DNA from: an uncultured bacterium
GTDB taxonomy: Bacteria; Patescibacteriota; Dojkabacteria; J137
Length of the DNA stretch: 64,000 nucleotides
Reading direction: 5' to 3'
Assembly (NCBI GenBank): GCA_963700155.1
Contig: OY969472.1
Coordinates: 445,511-509,510 of the forward strand
The notes below the pieces were generated by a model, which was not told where the DNA came from, did not search any database, and saw nothing but the letters and a program-made list of their open reading frames with translations. Positions 1 to 9,412 of the stretch are shown one piece after another (position 1 is the first letter of the stretch; every line of letters starts with the position of its first letter). A program made the translations under genes and the position numbers.

Positions 1-713
1 TCTTCAGTTGCAACATCAATATTAGGAATATAATTCAATTCCAACTCCCAATAGTAATTATCTTTTAAAAATATTTCTATTTGCTCAACTGTTGATTTTA
101 TTGCTAAAGCGATTGAATCAAAGAAATCCCGCCTTTTTAAATATATTATCTTCGCAGTGCTAATAAGTTCAGTAGTCCAATAGTCCAACTCGTTTTTATT
201 TGAGCGTCCTTCCCTTATTTGTTTAATTAATGCATTCCTATTTTTTAATACTTTGTAGTATCTTTCGATTTGCTGTTTATAAATTTTATCAATCATACTA
301 AGATAATTATCAAGATCATTACGGCGAATACTTGGTTCACCACATACAAGATCAACCGAATTTGGAGCGAATATTAGAACAGGGTATCTTCCAATAACTT
401 TACTTATTGGGATTTTTTTCTGATCAATAGAGAATTTTCTAAAGAAAGTATTTTTAACTTGCGAGACAACAAGTTCAAGTTGATCATTATCCCAAGTTGT
501 TTGGACTCGGGAAAATTCTTTTCCTGGACCAATAAATTCGCCTATATGCTGAACAGGTTTAAATGAATTCCCTAATGCTGAATAATATATTGATTCAAGG
601 AAATTTGTCTTACCTGTAGAGTTTGGAGCAATTATAAGATTTGAAGTTTCTGAAATCGAATCTTTAAAATTTATAATATTTCTGTAATTTGTTATTTCAA
701 TATTCTTAAGCAT
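1..713 (-). CDS. recF: DNA replication/repair protein RecF, N-terminal part (gene runs off the window start)
   Basis: Reverse-strand translation from the ATG at 713 gives MLKNIEITNYRNIINFKDS...APNSTGKTNFLESIYYSALG... This is a Walker A motif in the RecF-typical context (G-x-NG-x-GKTN-x-LEAI). No stop codon occurs before coordinate 1. Confidence 0.8.
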   Translation of the reverse strand, partial: MLKNIEITNYRNIINFKDSISETSNLIIAPNSTGKTNFLESIYYSALGNSFKPVQHIGEFIGPGKEFSRVQTTWDNDQLELVVSQVKNTFFRKFSIDQKKIPISKVIGRYPVLIFAPNSVDLVCGEPSIRRNDLDNYLSMIDKIYKQQIERYYKVLKNRNALIKQIREGRSNKNELDYWTTELISTAKIIYLKRRDFFDSIALAIKSTVEQIEIFLKDNYYWELELNYIPNIDVATE

Positions 714-754
714 AGCGGTTTAATTTTAGCAAAGATTAGGTAAAGAGGTTACTC

Positions 755-783
755 AAGAGGAGGAGCCTCTGGCTCCTCCTCTT
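755..783. promoter_or_regulatory. Perfect 13-bp inverted repeat (AAGAGGAGGAGCC-tct-GGCTCCTCCTCTT) in the divergent recF / glycosyltransferase intergenic region; candidate operator or RNA hairpin
   Basis: Read directly: a 13-bp perfect stem with a 3-nt loop. A TATAAT-like box lies about 10 bp downstream (gctataatac), upstream of the + strand gene at 825. Confidence 0.4.
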
Positions 784-824
784 AAGGTAAGCTATAATAC
801 TTCTTAGTTATCGATAAATATAAT

Positions 825-1898
825 ATGAAAATAGGGATTGATGGCTCGACTGTGACTAACAATAAGGCTGGAGTAGGGTACTATACCTTCAGTATGATTA
901 AAGCTTTAGAACAAGTAGATTCGAAAAATGAATATTTTGTGTTCACAAATAATTCTGAAAATTTTTTAGATCTAGAGTTAAAAGAAAACTTCCATATAGT
1001 TGAGATTAAGGCAAATAGAGCAGGATTTGCATGGATATTACAAGTAATAAAAAGACTCAATAAAGAAAAATTTGATGTGTTTTTCTCCACATCAAATTTT
1101 TCTTTTGCAATTTTTTACAACAAAACTGTTCAAGTTATTCACGACCTCGCTCCAGTTAAATATCCTGGATTTTTTACTTTGAAAGGTAGTCTAATGTACA
1201 GACTTCAACTGAATTCTTGTTTAAAAAGAGCAAAGGTTATCTTTACAACTACTGAGACTATAAAAAATGAGATAGTCGAATATAGTCCAGAGACAAAAGA
1301 TAAAGTTTATGTCGGTGGGTACGGAGTTCATGAATGGGTCTTTAAAGAAAGCAGTGAATTAGAACAAAATAATACTAAAGCTAAATATACACTTCCCGAG
1401 AACTATTTTCTTTCTGTTAGTACACTTGAACCAAGGAAAAATCATATAAATATGATTTTAGGATTTAATGAGTTTTTTAAAGAGAATTCCGATTATCATT
1501 ATGTAATTGTCGGGAAAAAAGGATGGTTTTATCAAAAGATATTTGAAACAGCAAAAAGTGTCGACGCATATGGGAACATACATTTTCTTGGTTATGTTCC
1601 GGAAGAAGATTTGGGAGCAATTTATGATTTATCAAAAGGCGTAGTTATGCTTAGTTTTTATGAAGGTATAGGCTTATCGACACAGGAAGGGATGATTCGT
1701 GGATTACCTATTTTGGCTTCTGATATTCCAGTCTTTCATGAAGTATTGGGTGAAAATGCAATTTTCTGTAATCTAGTAAAAAAGGATCTTATTAAAAAGG
1801 GATTTAATGAATTGAAAGAGAGGAATAAGTCAAATTTTATAACTAATAGTAGATATAACTGGAACTCTGCTGCACAAAAGCTTCTTGAGATTCTATAA
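825..1898 (+). CDS. Glycosyltransferase, GT4 (GT-B fold, family 1) type
   Basis: 357 aa. The C-terminal E-x7-E-like motif region (EGIGLSTQEGMIRGLPILASDIPVFHEV) is typical of retaining GT4 mannosyl/glucosyl-transferases. Confidence 0.75.
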   Translation: MKIGIDGSTVTNNKAGVGYYTFSMIKALEQVDSKNEYFVFTNNSENFLDLELKENFHIVEIKANRAGFAWILQVIKRLNKEKFDVFFSTSNFSFAIFYNKTVQVIHDLAPVKYPGFFTLKGSLMYRLQLNSCLKRAKVIFTTTETIKNEIVEYSPETKDKVYVGGYGVHEWVFKESSELEQNNTKAKYTLPENYFLSVSTLEPRKNHINMILGFNEFFKENSDYHYVIVGKKGWFYQKIFETAKSVDAYGNIHFLGYVPEEDLGAIYDLSKGVVMLSFYEGIGLSTQEGMIRGLPILASDIPVFHEVLGENAIFCNLVKKDLIKKGFNELKERNKSNFITNSRYNWNSAAQKLLEIL

Positions 1899-2009
1899 AT
1901 AATTGGTAAAATTTCAATTAAATCTTGCAAAAAGATATTGACAAAGTTATTTTAGTAGGTTATTGTGCGGTCTAGTATTTTAAATTTTAAGATTTTATTC
2001 TTAAATAAG

Positions 2010-2363
2010 ATGGCAAAATCAAAGAAAAGAAACAAAAAATTGAATACGGATTTGAAAGATACCGCAGTTATCGACACAGCTGTTTTGGAACCTCTCAAAG
2101 ATATCGTTATAAGCGAAGATGATTCAGAAGGAAATCATGAAGATGAATCTTATACAATGGGAGATATTAAAGCTTCAGACGCAGATTATGATGATGAGGA
2201 TGAAGAGTTTAAAAAAGCTGCAAAAAATTTAAATAGTACTTCAAATGATGATGAAGAAGCAGAGTGGGTTGAAGAAGAAGAGTATAATACAAATGATGTT
2301 GATTCATTTTTAGATGAGGAGGATTATGACTTAGATAATCCAGATTATGACGATACTTATTAA
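2010..2363 (+). CDS. Hypothetical highly acidic protein (basic N-terminus MAKSKKRNKK, D/E-rich C-terminus)
   Basis: The ORF is open from 1965. I prefer the ATG at 2010 (MAKSKKRNKK...). The C-terminal half is about 40% D/E. No recognisable domain. Confidence 0.45.
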   Translation: MAKSKKRNKKLNTDLKDTAVIDTAVLEPLKDIVISEDDSEGNHEDESYTMGDIKASDADYDDEDEEFKKAAKNLNSTSNDDEEAEWVEEEEYNTNDVDSFLDEEDYDLDNPDYDDTY

Positions 2364-2374
2364 TTTAAAGCTTA

Positions 2375-3454
2375 ATGACATATAAGAAATTAGAAAACGA
2401 GAAAAACAGATATAAATTTGAAGTAAAAGTTGATTATAAAGAATTTGAAAGTGAAAGAGAAAAAACCTTAAATGACTTGGCAAAAACAGTCAAAATTGCC
2501 GGTTTTAGGCCAGGTAAAGCACCAAAAGAAGCTGTAGAAAAAGAGGTCGGTTATAAAGCTTATCTTGATACAGTCAATAAAATTCTTCCAAAAGCTGCAA
2601 TAGAAGTTGTTGAAAAAGAGAATTTAAACCCACTTTCTTCATTTAATTACGATTTAAAAAATCTTGATAAAGATAAAGATGTTATTTTTACATTTGAGTT
2701 TTTTAATCAACCAGATATCAAAGCTGAAGACTTTAAGAAAATTAAAGTTAAATATAATGAACCAAAAATAGCTGAAGGAGAAGTTGATGTGGTAATAAAG
2801 AATATTATTAAGTCATCTCTTCCAAAAGAGAAATGGGAAAAGAGTATTAAAAAAGTAAAAAAGACTTCAAAAACCAAAGAAAGTGAGAAAGATAAAGAAT
2901 CTAAGCAAGATGAGGATATTGAAGTTACTGATGAGTTGGTCAAAGAGATTGGATATGAAGATGCTAAAACTTATGAAGAAATGAAAAAAAATGTTGAAGA
3001 AACATTAAACAGGATAAAGACTGAAGAAGCTGATAATGAATTTGCCTCACATGTTGTCGAAGAAGCAATTAAGATAGCTGATTTCGGTATTCCAGAAGAG
3101 CTTGTTGAACATGAGGCAGAACATAAAGAAGAGCATTTTAAAGAAAGATTGAGAGAATTAAAACTGGACCAAAATATGTATCTAAAAACTCAAAATACTA
3201 GCTTAGATGATCTTAGAAAAACTTGGAAAGAAGAAGCCTTGAATAATCTTAAATCTGATCTTTTATTAATAAACCTAGCTGTTAGTGAGAATCTCACTCC
3301 AAGTGATGAAGAAGTAGAAAAAGAAATCGAAAAGATTGAAGATCCAAACTTAAAAGAGCGATATAAAAATAACGAAAACAATAAGAACTATTTAAAAACT
3401 TCAATTACAAGAGTGAATGGTTTGAAAAAACTTATTGAAATAGCAAAGAAATAA
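2375..3454 (+). CDS. tig: Trigger factor (short form, ribosome-binding N domain; no obvious PPIase domain)
   Basis: The N-terminus contains the trigger-factor signature GFRPGKAPK (GFRxGxxP ribosome-binding loop). It is followed by long charged helical arms. At 359 aa it is shorter than canonical Tig. Confidence 0.7.
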   Translation: MTYKKLENEKNRYKFEVKVDYKEFESEREKTLNDLAKTVKIAGFRPGKAPKEAVEKEVGYKAYLDTVNKILPKAAIEVVEKENLNPLSSFNYDLKNLDKDKDVIFTFEFFNQPDIKAEDFKKIKVKYNEPKIAEGEVDVVIKNIIKSSLPKEKWEKSIKKVKKTSKTKESEKDKESKQDEDIEVTDELVKEIGYEDAKTYEEMKKNVEETLNRIKTEEADNEFASHVVEEAIKIADFGIPEELVEHEAEHKEEHFKERLRELKLDQNMYLKTQNTSLDDLRKTWKEEALNNLKSDLLLINLAVSENLTPSDEEVEKEIEKIEDPNLKERYKNNENNKNYLKTSITRVNGLKKLIEIAKK

Positions 3455-4105
3455 TTACTTCATTTGGAAAACTTTCTTTCTAAATAGAGTTATTAAGAAA
3501 AGAGAAAGTACAGAAGTCCACAAAGCAATTCCTAATGTAACTTGTCTTAAATTTGGTACATCTTCATCTAGAATAAGCAAAGTTGAGTCTCCAAAATTTC
3601 CTTTTGAATCTTCTTCAACAATGCTTTTTGAAGCATCTTGAATTTCTTTTGCAGCATCAGCATTTAAAGATGAATCAAGATTAATTTGAGCATTTAAACC
3701 TGAAATAATTTTTTCACCTTGTGTATATCTAGAAAGATTAACTGCCTGCCCTGTAAAGGTCTGGGAGAGGGGATTCAATTTTCCTGGTTTTACTTTAACA
3801 ACGATATTATCCCCATATTCTTTTAGTGCTGTGTAATAAAATTGAATCCCCTCTGTACTAATACTATCTTTAGCTTCTTCTGATACTTGTTTTAACAGAT
3901 CTGGAGTTCCAGTGATTTGAATAACACTATTTTCCGCAATTGAATCTTTTACTGAAGCATAATTATCTGCAGTTACTACTTTTACTTCTGATTGCGCTAA
4001 ATCTAAAGAGCTTTTATTTAGAAGATAAACAACAGTAAAAGATATTGTAGTAAAAACAAAAATATATGCTAGCGTTTTTATTATTTTTAGTAGTATTTGA
4101 TTCAT
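3455..4105 (-). CDS. Hypothetical membrane protein (N- and C-terminal TM helices, extracytoplasmic middle)
   Basis: 216 aa. Hydrophobic segments lie at both termini (IIKTLAYIFVFTTISFTVVYLL; LGIALWTSVLSLFLITLF). It is convergent and abutting with tig. Confidence 0.5.
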   Translation of the reverse strand: MNQILLKIIKTLAYIFVFTTISFTVVYLLNKSSLDLAQSEVKVVTADNYASVKDSIAENSVIQITGTPDLLKQVSEEAKDSISTEGIQFYYTALKEYGDNIVVKVKPGKLNPLSQTFTGQAVNLSRYTQGEKIISGLNAQINLDSSLNADAAKEIQDASKSIVEEDSKGNFGDSTLLILDEDVPNLRQVTLGIALWTSVLSLFLITLFRKKVFQMK

Positions 4106-4108
4106 ATA

Positions 4109-5134
4109 TTAGAAATAATCTATTCCCATCGCCTCTCTAACTAAATACATTGTTTTTTCTGCTTCTTCTTTTACCTTTTCATTTCCAGCACGAAGAAGTT
4201 CAATTACATCATTTTTATTTTTTTCATAATAGGATCTTTTTTCACGAATTGGATCAAGAAAGTTATTAAGTGCTTTTTCTAGTTTATCTTTTACTTCAAC
4301 ATCTCCAACTTTCCCTTCTTTGTATCTTTTCTTCAGATCAGCAACTTCTTCTTTATTTGGATTGAAAGAATCGTGATAAATAAAGACCGGATTACCTTCT
4401 ACTTTCCCTGGATCAGTAGCTTTAACTCTATTTGGATCAGTATACATCTTTTTTATTTTCTGCCTAACTTCATTCTCATCATCACTTAAATATATTGCAT
4501 TCCCGAGGCTTTTGCTCATTTTGGCATTTCCATCAATTCCAACTAGTCTTCCGACTTTAGAATAAATACCTTCGACATCTTTAAAAAGATCAGTCTTATA
4601 TGTTTTGTTAAAAGCCTTTCCTATTTTATTTGTTAATTCAATCATTGGACGTTGATCATCTCCTACGGGAACTGCCTCAGCTCTTAAAATTAAAATATCT
4701 GCTGCTTGACTCACTGGATATCCTATGAATCCAAATGGAGGATTTCCGTTAAATCGAGCCTGTTTTTGTTTAACTTCATCCTTAACTGTAGGATTTCTTA
4801 GAACTTCTTCTAATGTAACAAGATTCATAAAATACATATTTAACTCTGGAATTTGTGGAATCATCGATTGTACAAAAATAGTAGTTACTGAAGGATCAAT
4901 GCCAACAGAAAGGTAGTCCATGGCAACCTCTAAAATATTATTTCTGATCTTTTGAACATTATCATAGTTATCCGTTAGTGCTTGAACATCGGCTAACATA
5001 ATATAAGTTTCATATTCATGTTGAAGTTTTACTCTATTTTTAAGTGATCCAATGTAGTGGCCGAGATGTAACTTCCCAGTCGGTCTATCACCTGTTAAGA
5101 TTCGCTTTTTTGTTAAATTATTTGTTTCAGACAT
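4109..5134 (-). CDS. trpS: Tryptophanyl-tRNA synthetase
   Basis: It carries the class I aaRS motifs: [20 protein letters not shown] (HIGH-type) and a C-proximal KMSKS ([11 protein letters not shown]). Its length of 341 aa fits TrpRS rather than TyrRS. Confidence 0.85.
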   Translation of the reverse strand: MSETNNLTKKRILTGDRPTGKLHLGHYIGSLKNRVKLQHEYETYIMLADVQALTDNYDNVQKIRNNILEVAMDYLSVGIDPSVTTIFVQSMIPQIPELNMYFMNLVTLEEVLRNPTVKDEVKQKQARFNGNPPFGFIGYPVSQAADILILRAEAVPVGDDQRPMIELTNKIGKAFNKTYKTDLFKDVEGIYSKVGRLVGIDGNAKMSKSLGNAIYLSDDENEVRQKIKKMYTDPNRVKATDPGKVEGNPVFIYHDSFNPNKEEVADLKKRYKEGKVGDVEVKDKLEKALNNFLDPIREKRSYYEKNKNDVIELLRAGNEKVKEEAEKTMYLVREAMGIDYF

Positions 5135-5492
5135 AAAAATTTTAATAATAGTTAATAAATATTAATGTAAAAGTAAAAAAGAATAAAGAGGGTATAGAAA
5201 AGAAGGGCGTTAAGCCCAGAAGAATAGAGCAGAGTTAGCGATTAAATTTCTTTTCATAATCAAGATTATAGCAGGTTAGGGAAATAGAGACTAGTAGGAC
5301 AGATAATATATTTATATTGATAGAACTTTGTAAGAAAATTTATAACTAAAGATAATTAAGGTAGTTTACTTTTGGATACTCCTTTTATTTACAATACATA
5401 GAAAGCACCAAAAATACACATTTTCGTGCTGAAAGTGTGCCTTCTATCTATTGTAAAAGTGCAAGGTCAAGTTTTGATAAGTTTAATTATTA

Positions 5493-6884
5493 CTATAATA
5501 AAGCTGGATTGGAAGGCTTATTCTGCCTTATACCATTTATATGTTTTTCAAGAATCAGAAATTTTTCTTTTAGTAATTCTTCACTTAAAGCTTCAACATT
5601 CAGCCTTAAAACATTTTCAGTACTTGAAGATCTTAAATTAAATCTCCAATCAGGATATTCAATACTAATTCCATCTATCTCAGATAGTTTACCATCAGAG
5701 TATTCAGATCTTATTGTTTCTATTACTTTTTCCTGATTATCAGATTTGTAATTTACCTCACCTGAATTATGATAATTTGCATATAAATAATCTAACTCTT
5801 TTTCAAAATTCATACCTTGTGATAAAAGCTTGAACATTATGGCAATTGAAGTCATTCCGCTATCTGCATAATAATAATTTTTATAATAGAAGTGTGAGGT
5901 AAATTCAGCACCAAATACTGCATCTTCTTCTCTCATCTTTTCTTTAAAAAAAGAATGCCCAGCCCTACAAGCAATAGGAGCTCCTCCTAGCTTTTCAACT
6001 TCTTTAACTATTGGCCAGATAACTCTTACATCATGGATGATTTTTGCTCCTTTATTTTTTTTAACAAAATGTTTTGCAAAAATCGCTGCTGTAAAAGTTC
6101 CTTCAGGATGTCTTCCTCTGGAGTCTATAAAGAAGACTCTATCTGCATCACCATCAATTGCTATTCCTAGATCTGCTTTTAATTCTAAAACTTTAGCTTT
6201 CAAGTCTTTAACATTTTCTTCCTTCACTGGATCTGGTGAGTGATGCGGGAAACGGCCATCGGGTTCAAAGTATAATTTTGTTAAATCTAAATTTAAATCT
6301 TCAAATACATAATCAAATACCTTCCCTCCGATGCCGTTTCCCGCATCCACAACAATTTTCATTGGATTAACTCCAATTCCTTCCAAATTTGAAAGTATCT
6401 TTTCCTTAAAAGAAGGATAAATATCTTTATCTTCAACCTTTCCAATCTCAGAACTATTCATATATTCTCCGGAGATCATAATATTTTCAATCTCTTTTAA
6501 TCCCGAGACTTCACTAATTGCTGTTGCATCTTTTCCAACCATTTTACATCCATTCCATCCAGCCGGATTATGCGAAGCTGTAATTGAAACACCTCCATCT
6601 AACTTGGTATCAGACCCAACAGCAAAGTAGAGCATTTCCGTTGCAATCTCTCCTATTCTAAAGACATTACAACCACATTCAGTTGCTCCTTTAATAAATT
6701 GTTTAGAATATCTTATACTTTCATTTCTTATGTCAAATCCAACTGCAATATTTTTTGCTTTTAGAAAAGTTACAAAGGCTTTCCCAAGATTATAATAAAA
6801 TTCATCGTCTAATTGCGTTTCAGTCAAACCACGAATATCGTAAGCTTTAAATACTTTATCTAAATCTTCTGCAGTATATTTCAT
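5493..6884 (-). CDS. Phosphomannomutase/phosphoglucomutase (alpha-D-phosphohexomutase)
   Basis: The active-site serine loop is GVSITASHNPAGWNGCKMV (TASHNP), and the metal-binding DGDADR motif is present. 463 aa. Confidence 0.85.
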   Translation of the reverse strand: MKYTAEDLDKVFKAYDIRGLTETQLDDEFYYNLGKAFVTFLKAKNIAVGFDIRNESIRYSKQFIKGATECGCNVFRIGEIATEMLYFAVGSDTKLDGGVSITASHNPAGWNGCKMVGKDATAISEVSGLKEIENIMISGEYMNSSEIGKVEDKDIYPSFKEKILSNLEGIGVNPMKIVVDAGNGIGGKVFDYVFEDLNLDLTKLYFEPDGRFPHHSPDPVKEENVKDLKAKVLELKADLGIAIDGDADRVFFIDSRGRHPEGTFTAAIFAKHFVKKNKGAKIIHDVRVIWPIVKEVEKLGGAPIACRAGHSFFKEKMREEDAVFGAEFTSHFYYKNYYYADSGMTSIAIMFKLLSQGMNFEKELDYLYANYHNSGEVNYKSDNQEKVIETIRSEYSDGKLSEIDGISIEYPDWRFNLRSSSTENVLRLNVEALSEELLKEKFLILEKHINGIRQNKPSNPALL

Positions 6885-6910
6885 TATAAAATTTATAAAG
6901 TTAAATAATT

Positions 6911-7591
6911 TTATCGAACTTGGAGTGCTAATTCTTCATCTTCACAGTTAAGAATTAACTTTCCATCTTGATCTATTATCCCTTTTTGGAGCATATAATT
7001 CCATGCTTTTTCAATTCTGCCTACATATTGACTGCCAAAGAAATCCTTATCTTTATCATTTAATAAATCTGAAAACAATTCTCCTTCTGCAGTAATTTCT
7101 CCACCTATTCTAAACCAATTTTGTAGAATATATGCCTTTTCGAATATATCTTTTAATTCTTTTGGATTCAAATGAGAAATTAAGCCTTTCTTGAAGGCTT
7201 TCAATAAAACTACCAGTGGATGACGTTCAACTTCAATTTTATAAACATTTCTATTTACCCCTAAATATGGGATTTGTGATTTCGGGTAATCACCTGTTCC
7301 TATTGTTTTTGGGAAGATATTTATTCCTAAATTTTCATTTAAGATTCTCATTAATTTTCTACCATCAAATTCTGTACCTAAAATATCATCTAAAAGAAAT
7401 AGATCAAATTCTTCCCAAGAGATATGTTGTAGTCTTTCGATTAATTCTTCCTCAGGTAAATAACTATTAAGAGTCATTCTACTTCCTAACTTATCATTTC
7501 CTAATATTTCTACTTGAATACCTAATGCTTTTAAAGTCGCTGACATAAATTCAGCTTTATCGTATTCGTCTTCGATAATTAAAACTTTCAT
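6911..7591 (-). CDS. Response-regulator receiver-domain protein with uncharacterised C-terminal domain (orphan)
   Basis: The N-terminus MKVLIIEDEYDKAEF...FDLFLLDDILG resembles a CheY-like receiver (an acidic pocket plus a candidate phospho-acceptor Asp). The C-terminal roughly 100 aa are unassigned. No histidine kinase is present in the window. Confidence 0.5.
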   Translation of the reverse strand: MKVLIIEDEYDKAEFMSATLKALGIQVEILGNDKLGSRMTLNSYLPEEELIERLQHISWEEFDLFLLDDILGTEFDGRKLMRILNENLGINIFPKTIGTGDYPKSQIPYLGVNRNVYKIEVERHPLVVLLKAFKKGLISHLNPKELKDIFEKAYILQNWFRIGGEITAEGELFSDLLNDKDKDFFGSQYVGRIEKAWNYMLQKGIIDQDGKLILNCEDEELALQVR

Positions 7592-7627
7592 ATCTTTTAA
7601 CTACTAATTTATAGAGTCGATTATAGC

Positions 7628-8704
7628 CTAAGCTTTCAGAATTTTGTACACTCGAATCTCCCTAGCTTGTTTATCTTTAATAATGAAGTCTGCATAGTAG
7701 TATTGGATTTTTTCGAAGAATTTTTCATCAAGATTCATAACCACACTCGGCCATTCTACAGCAATAATATTCCCAGGTTTTACCCATTCTTCAAATCTTA
7801 AAAGGTCAAGGTCTTCTTTTGTTTGAATCCTCCAGGCATCCATATGAAAAAGTTTATGATTTTCACCAAATTTATATTCATTAACATAGTTGTAAGTTGG
7901 AGATTTTATTACACGATCTATTCCTAAACCCTTGGCAGTCCCTTTTGTAAATTGGGTTTTCCCAGCTCCAAGCTCTCCATTCAATAGAATTAAAATAGGG
8001 GAAGAAGTTAGTTCTGGAAGTTTATTTTTTATAAAAATTTCTCCTTGCGAAATAGTTTCTTCTACGGAATTTGAAACGTAAGTTTCAAATTCCGTGACCT
8101 TTGTTGGATCAATTCTTCCTTCTCTATGAACTTTTAAATCTTCAGATGTTGTATCTATCACAGTTGTAGGAGGATTATGTGGAAGTTCTCCAGCATCTAT
8201 AACTAGATCAATTAAATCCCTCTGCTTTTCAGAAATATTATTCAAAATGTCATTAACAGTATATGGAGTTTTTTTTCCAGTCAAATTTGCTGATGTCACT
8301 GTAATAGGCTTACCAAACCTAGAAATTAAATCTAACAAAAATTTAAAATTTGGAATTCTTACTCCTAATGTGTGAGATTCAGACTCGAGTCTTGAATCAA
8401 CTTTATTTTTAGAATTTGAAACTATTGTGACAGCGCCCGGAAGGAATTTCTTGTATAAATTTTGAGCAACTGAGTTAAGCTCAACATATTCTTCTGCCAT
8501 TTCTTTATTCAAAACTGCAATAGGAATTGCCCTTCCTTCCGGGCGCTTCTTATACTCTAATAATTTAGTAACTGCAGTATGATTTGTTGCATCAACTGCA
8601 ACCCCATAACAAGTTTCCGAAGGAAATATTACTAATTTCCCATTATTTAAACACTTTACACTTTCTTCTATATTTTTTGGGTCTTCTAAACTGATTGTTT
8701 TCAT
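7628..8704 (-). CDS. Fusion protein: L-threonylcarbamoyladenylate synthase (TsaC/YrdC domain) + TsaE (YjeE ATPase) for tRNA t6A37
   Basis: The N-terminal half has YrdC/Sua5 motifs (FPSETCYGVAVDA; ITVTSANLTGKKTP). The C-terminal half has TsaE signatures (LNGELGAGKTQFTKG ... IKSPTYNYVNEY ... FHMDAWRI). Confidence 0.75.
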   Translation of the reverse strand: MKTISLEDPKNIEESVKCLNNGKLVIFPSETCYGVAVDATNHTAVTKLLEYKKRPEGRAIPIAVLNKEMAEEYVELNSVAQNLYKKFLPGAVTIVSNSKNKVDSRLESESHTLGVRIPNFKFLLDLISRFGKPITVTSANLTGKKTPYTVNDILNNISEKQRDLIDLVIDAGELPHNPPTTVIDTTSEDLKVHREGRIDPTKVTEFETYVSNSVEETISQGEIFIKNKLPELTSSPILILLNGELGAGKTQFTKGTAKGLGIDRVIKSPTYNYVNEYKFGENHKLFHMDAWRIQTKEDLDLLRFEEWVKPGNIIAVEWPSVVMNLDEKFFEKIQYYYADFIIKDKQAREIRVYKILKA

Positions 8705-8833
8705 AACGAAGCATTATAGCAAAATAGAAGTTTAAGAAAGAATATAATAAGAACTTCTTGGTATACTTAATTTAAAATTTCAATGCAAATCACAATTTGT
8801 GATATGCTCTAAAAATCTTATGTAAATTTAAAA

Positions 8834-9370
8834 ATGAGTAATAATACAATTGAACTTGAAAATATAACCGAAGCTATATATTACATCAGAGGGATGAAGG
8901 TAATGTTGGATTTTGATCTTGCATCATTGTATGGAGTTGAGAACAGAGCTCTAAAACAGCAGGTTCGAAGAAATTTGGATAGATTCCCAGAAGATTTTAT
9001 GTTTGAGCTAACTAGGGAAGAGTGGACTGAGCAAGTCACAAACAGTGACTTGCTCAAAAAATTTAAATTTATAAAGACACCTCCTTTTGCATTTACAGAG
9101 CAGGGAGTTGCGATGCTATCTAGTGTTCTTCGAAGTACACGAGCTATCCAAATTAATATCTCTATTATGCGCGCTTTTGTTGAAGTTAGGAAATCAATTG
9201 GCAGAAATAATGTTATTACCAAAAAATTATCTGAGCTCGAAAAGCGCGCGGATCTAAAATTTCTTCAATATGATGAACAGTTCAGAATTATTATGGAAAT
9301 AATACAAGGAATGAATAATGAAGATTCAGAAAAAAATAATCGAAAGATTGGCTTCAAAACAGATTTATAG
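8834..9370 (+). CDS. ORF6N-domain protein (phage/plasmid-associated anti-repressor-like)
   Basis: KVMLDFDLASLYGVENRALKQQVRRNLDRFPEDFMFELT ... FAFTEQGVAMLSSVLRSTRAIQINISIMRAFV matches the conserved core of the ORF6N/KilA-N-like family. Confidence 0.7.
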   Translation: MSNNTIELENITEAIYYIRGMKVMLDFDLASLYGVENRALKQQVRRNLDRFPEDFMFELTREEWTEQVTNSDLLKKFKFIKTPPFAFTEQGVAMLSSVLRSTRAIQINISIMRAFVEVRKSIGRNNVITKKLSELEKRADLKFLQYDEQFRIIMEIIQGMNNEDSEKNNRKIGFKTDL

Positions 9371-9412
9371 AAGAGTTTCACAATATTTAATATGTTGACT
9401 TAGTCATTTTTT

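Noticed and set aside
5426-5736. Two overlapping plus-strand ORFs (71 and 99 aa) at the 3' end of the phosphohexomutase gene
   Set aside because: They overlap the well-supported minus-strand PMM/PGM gene, and their low-complexity translation has no motifs. They are spurious.
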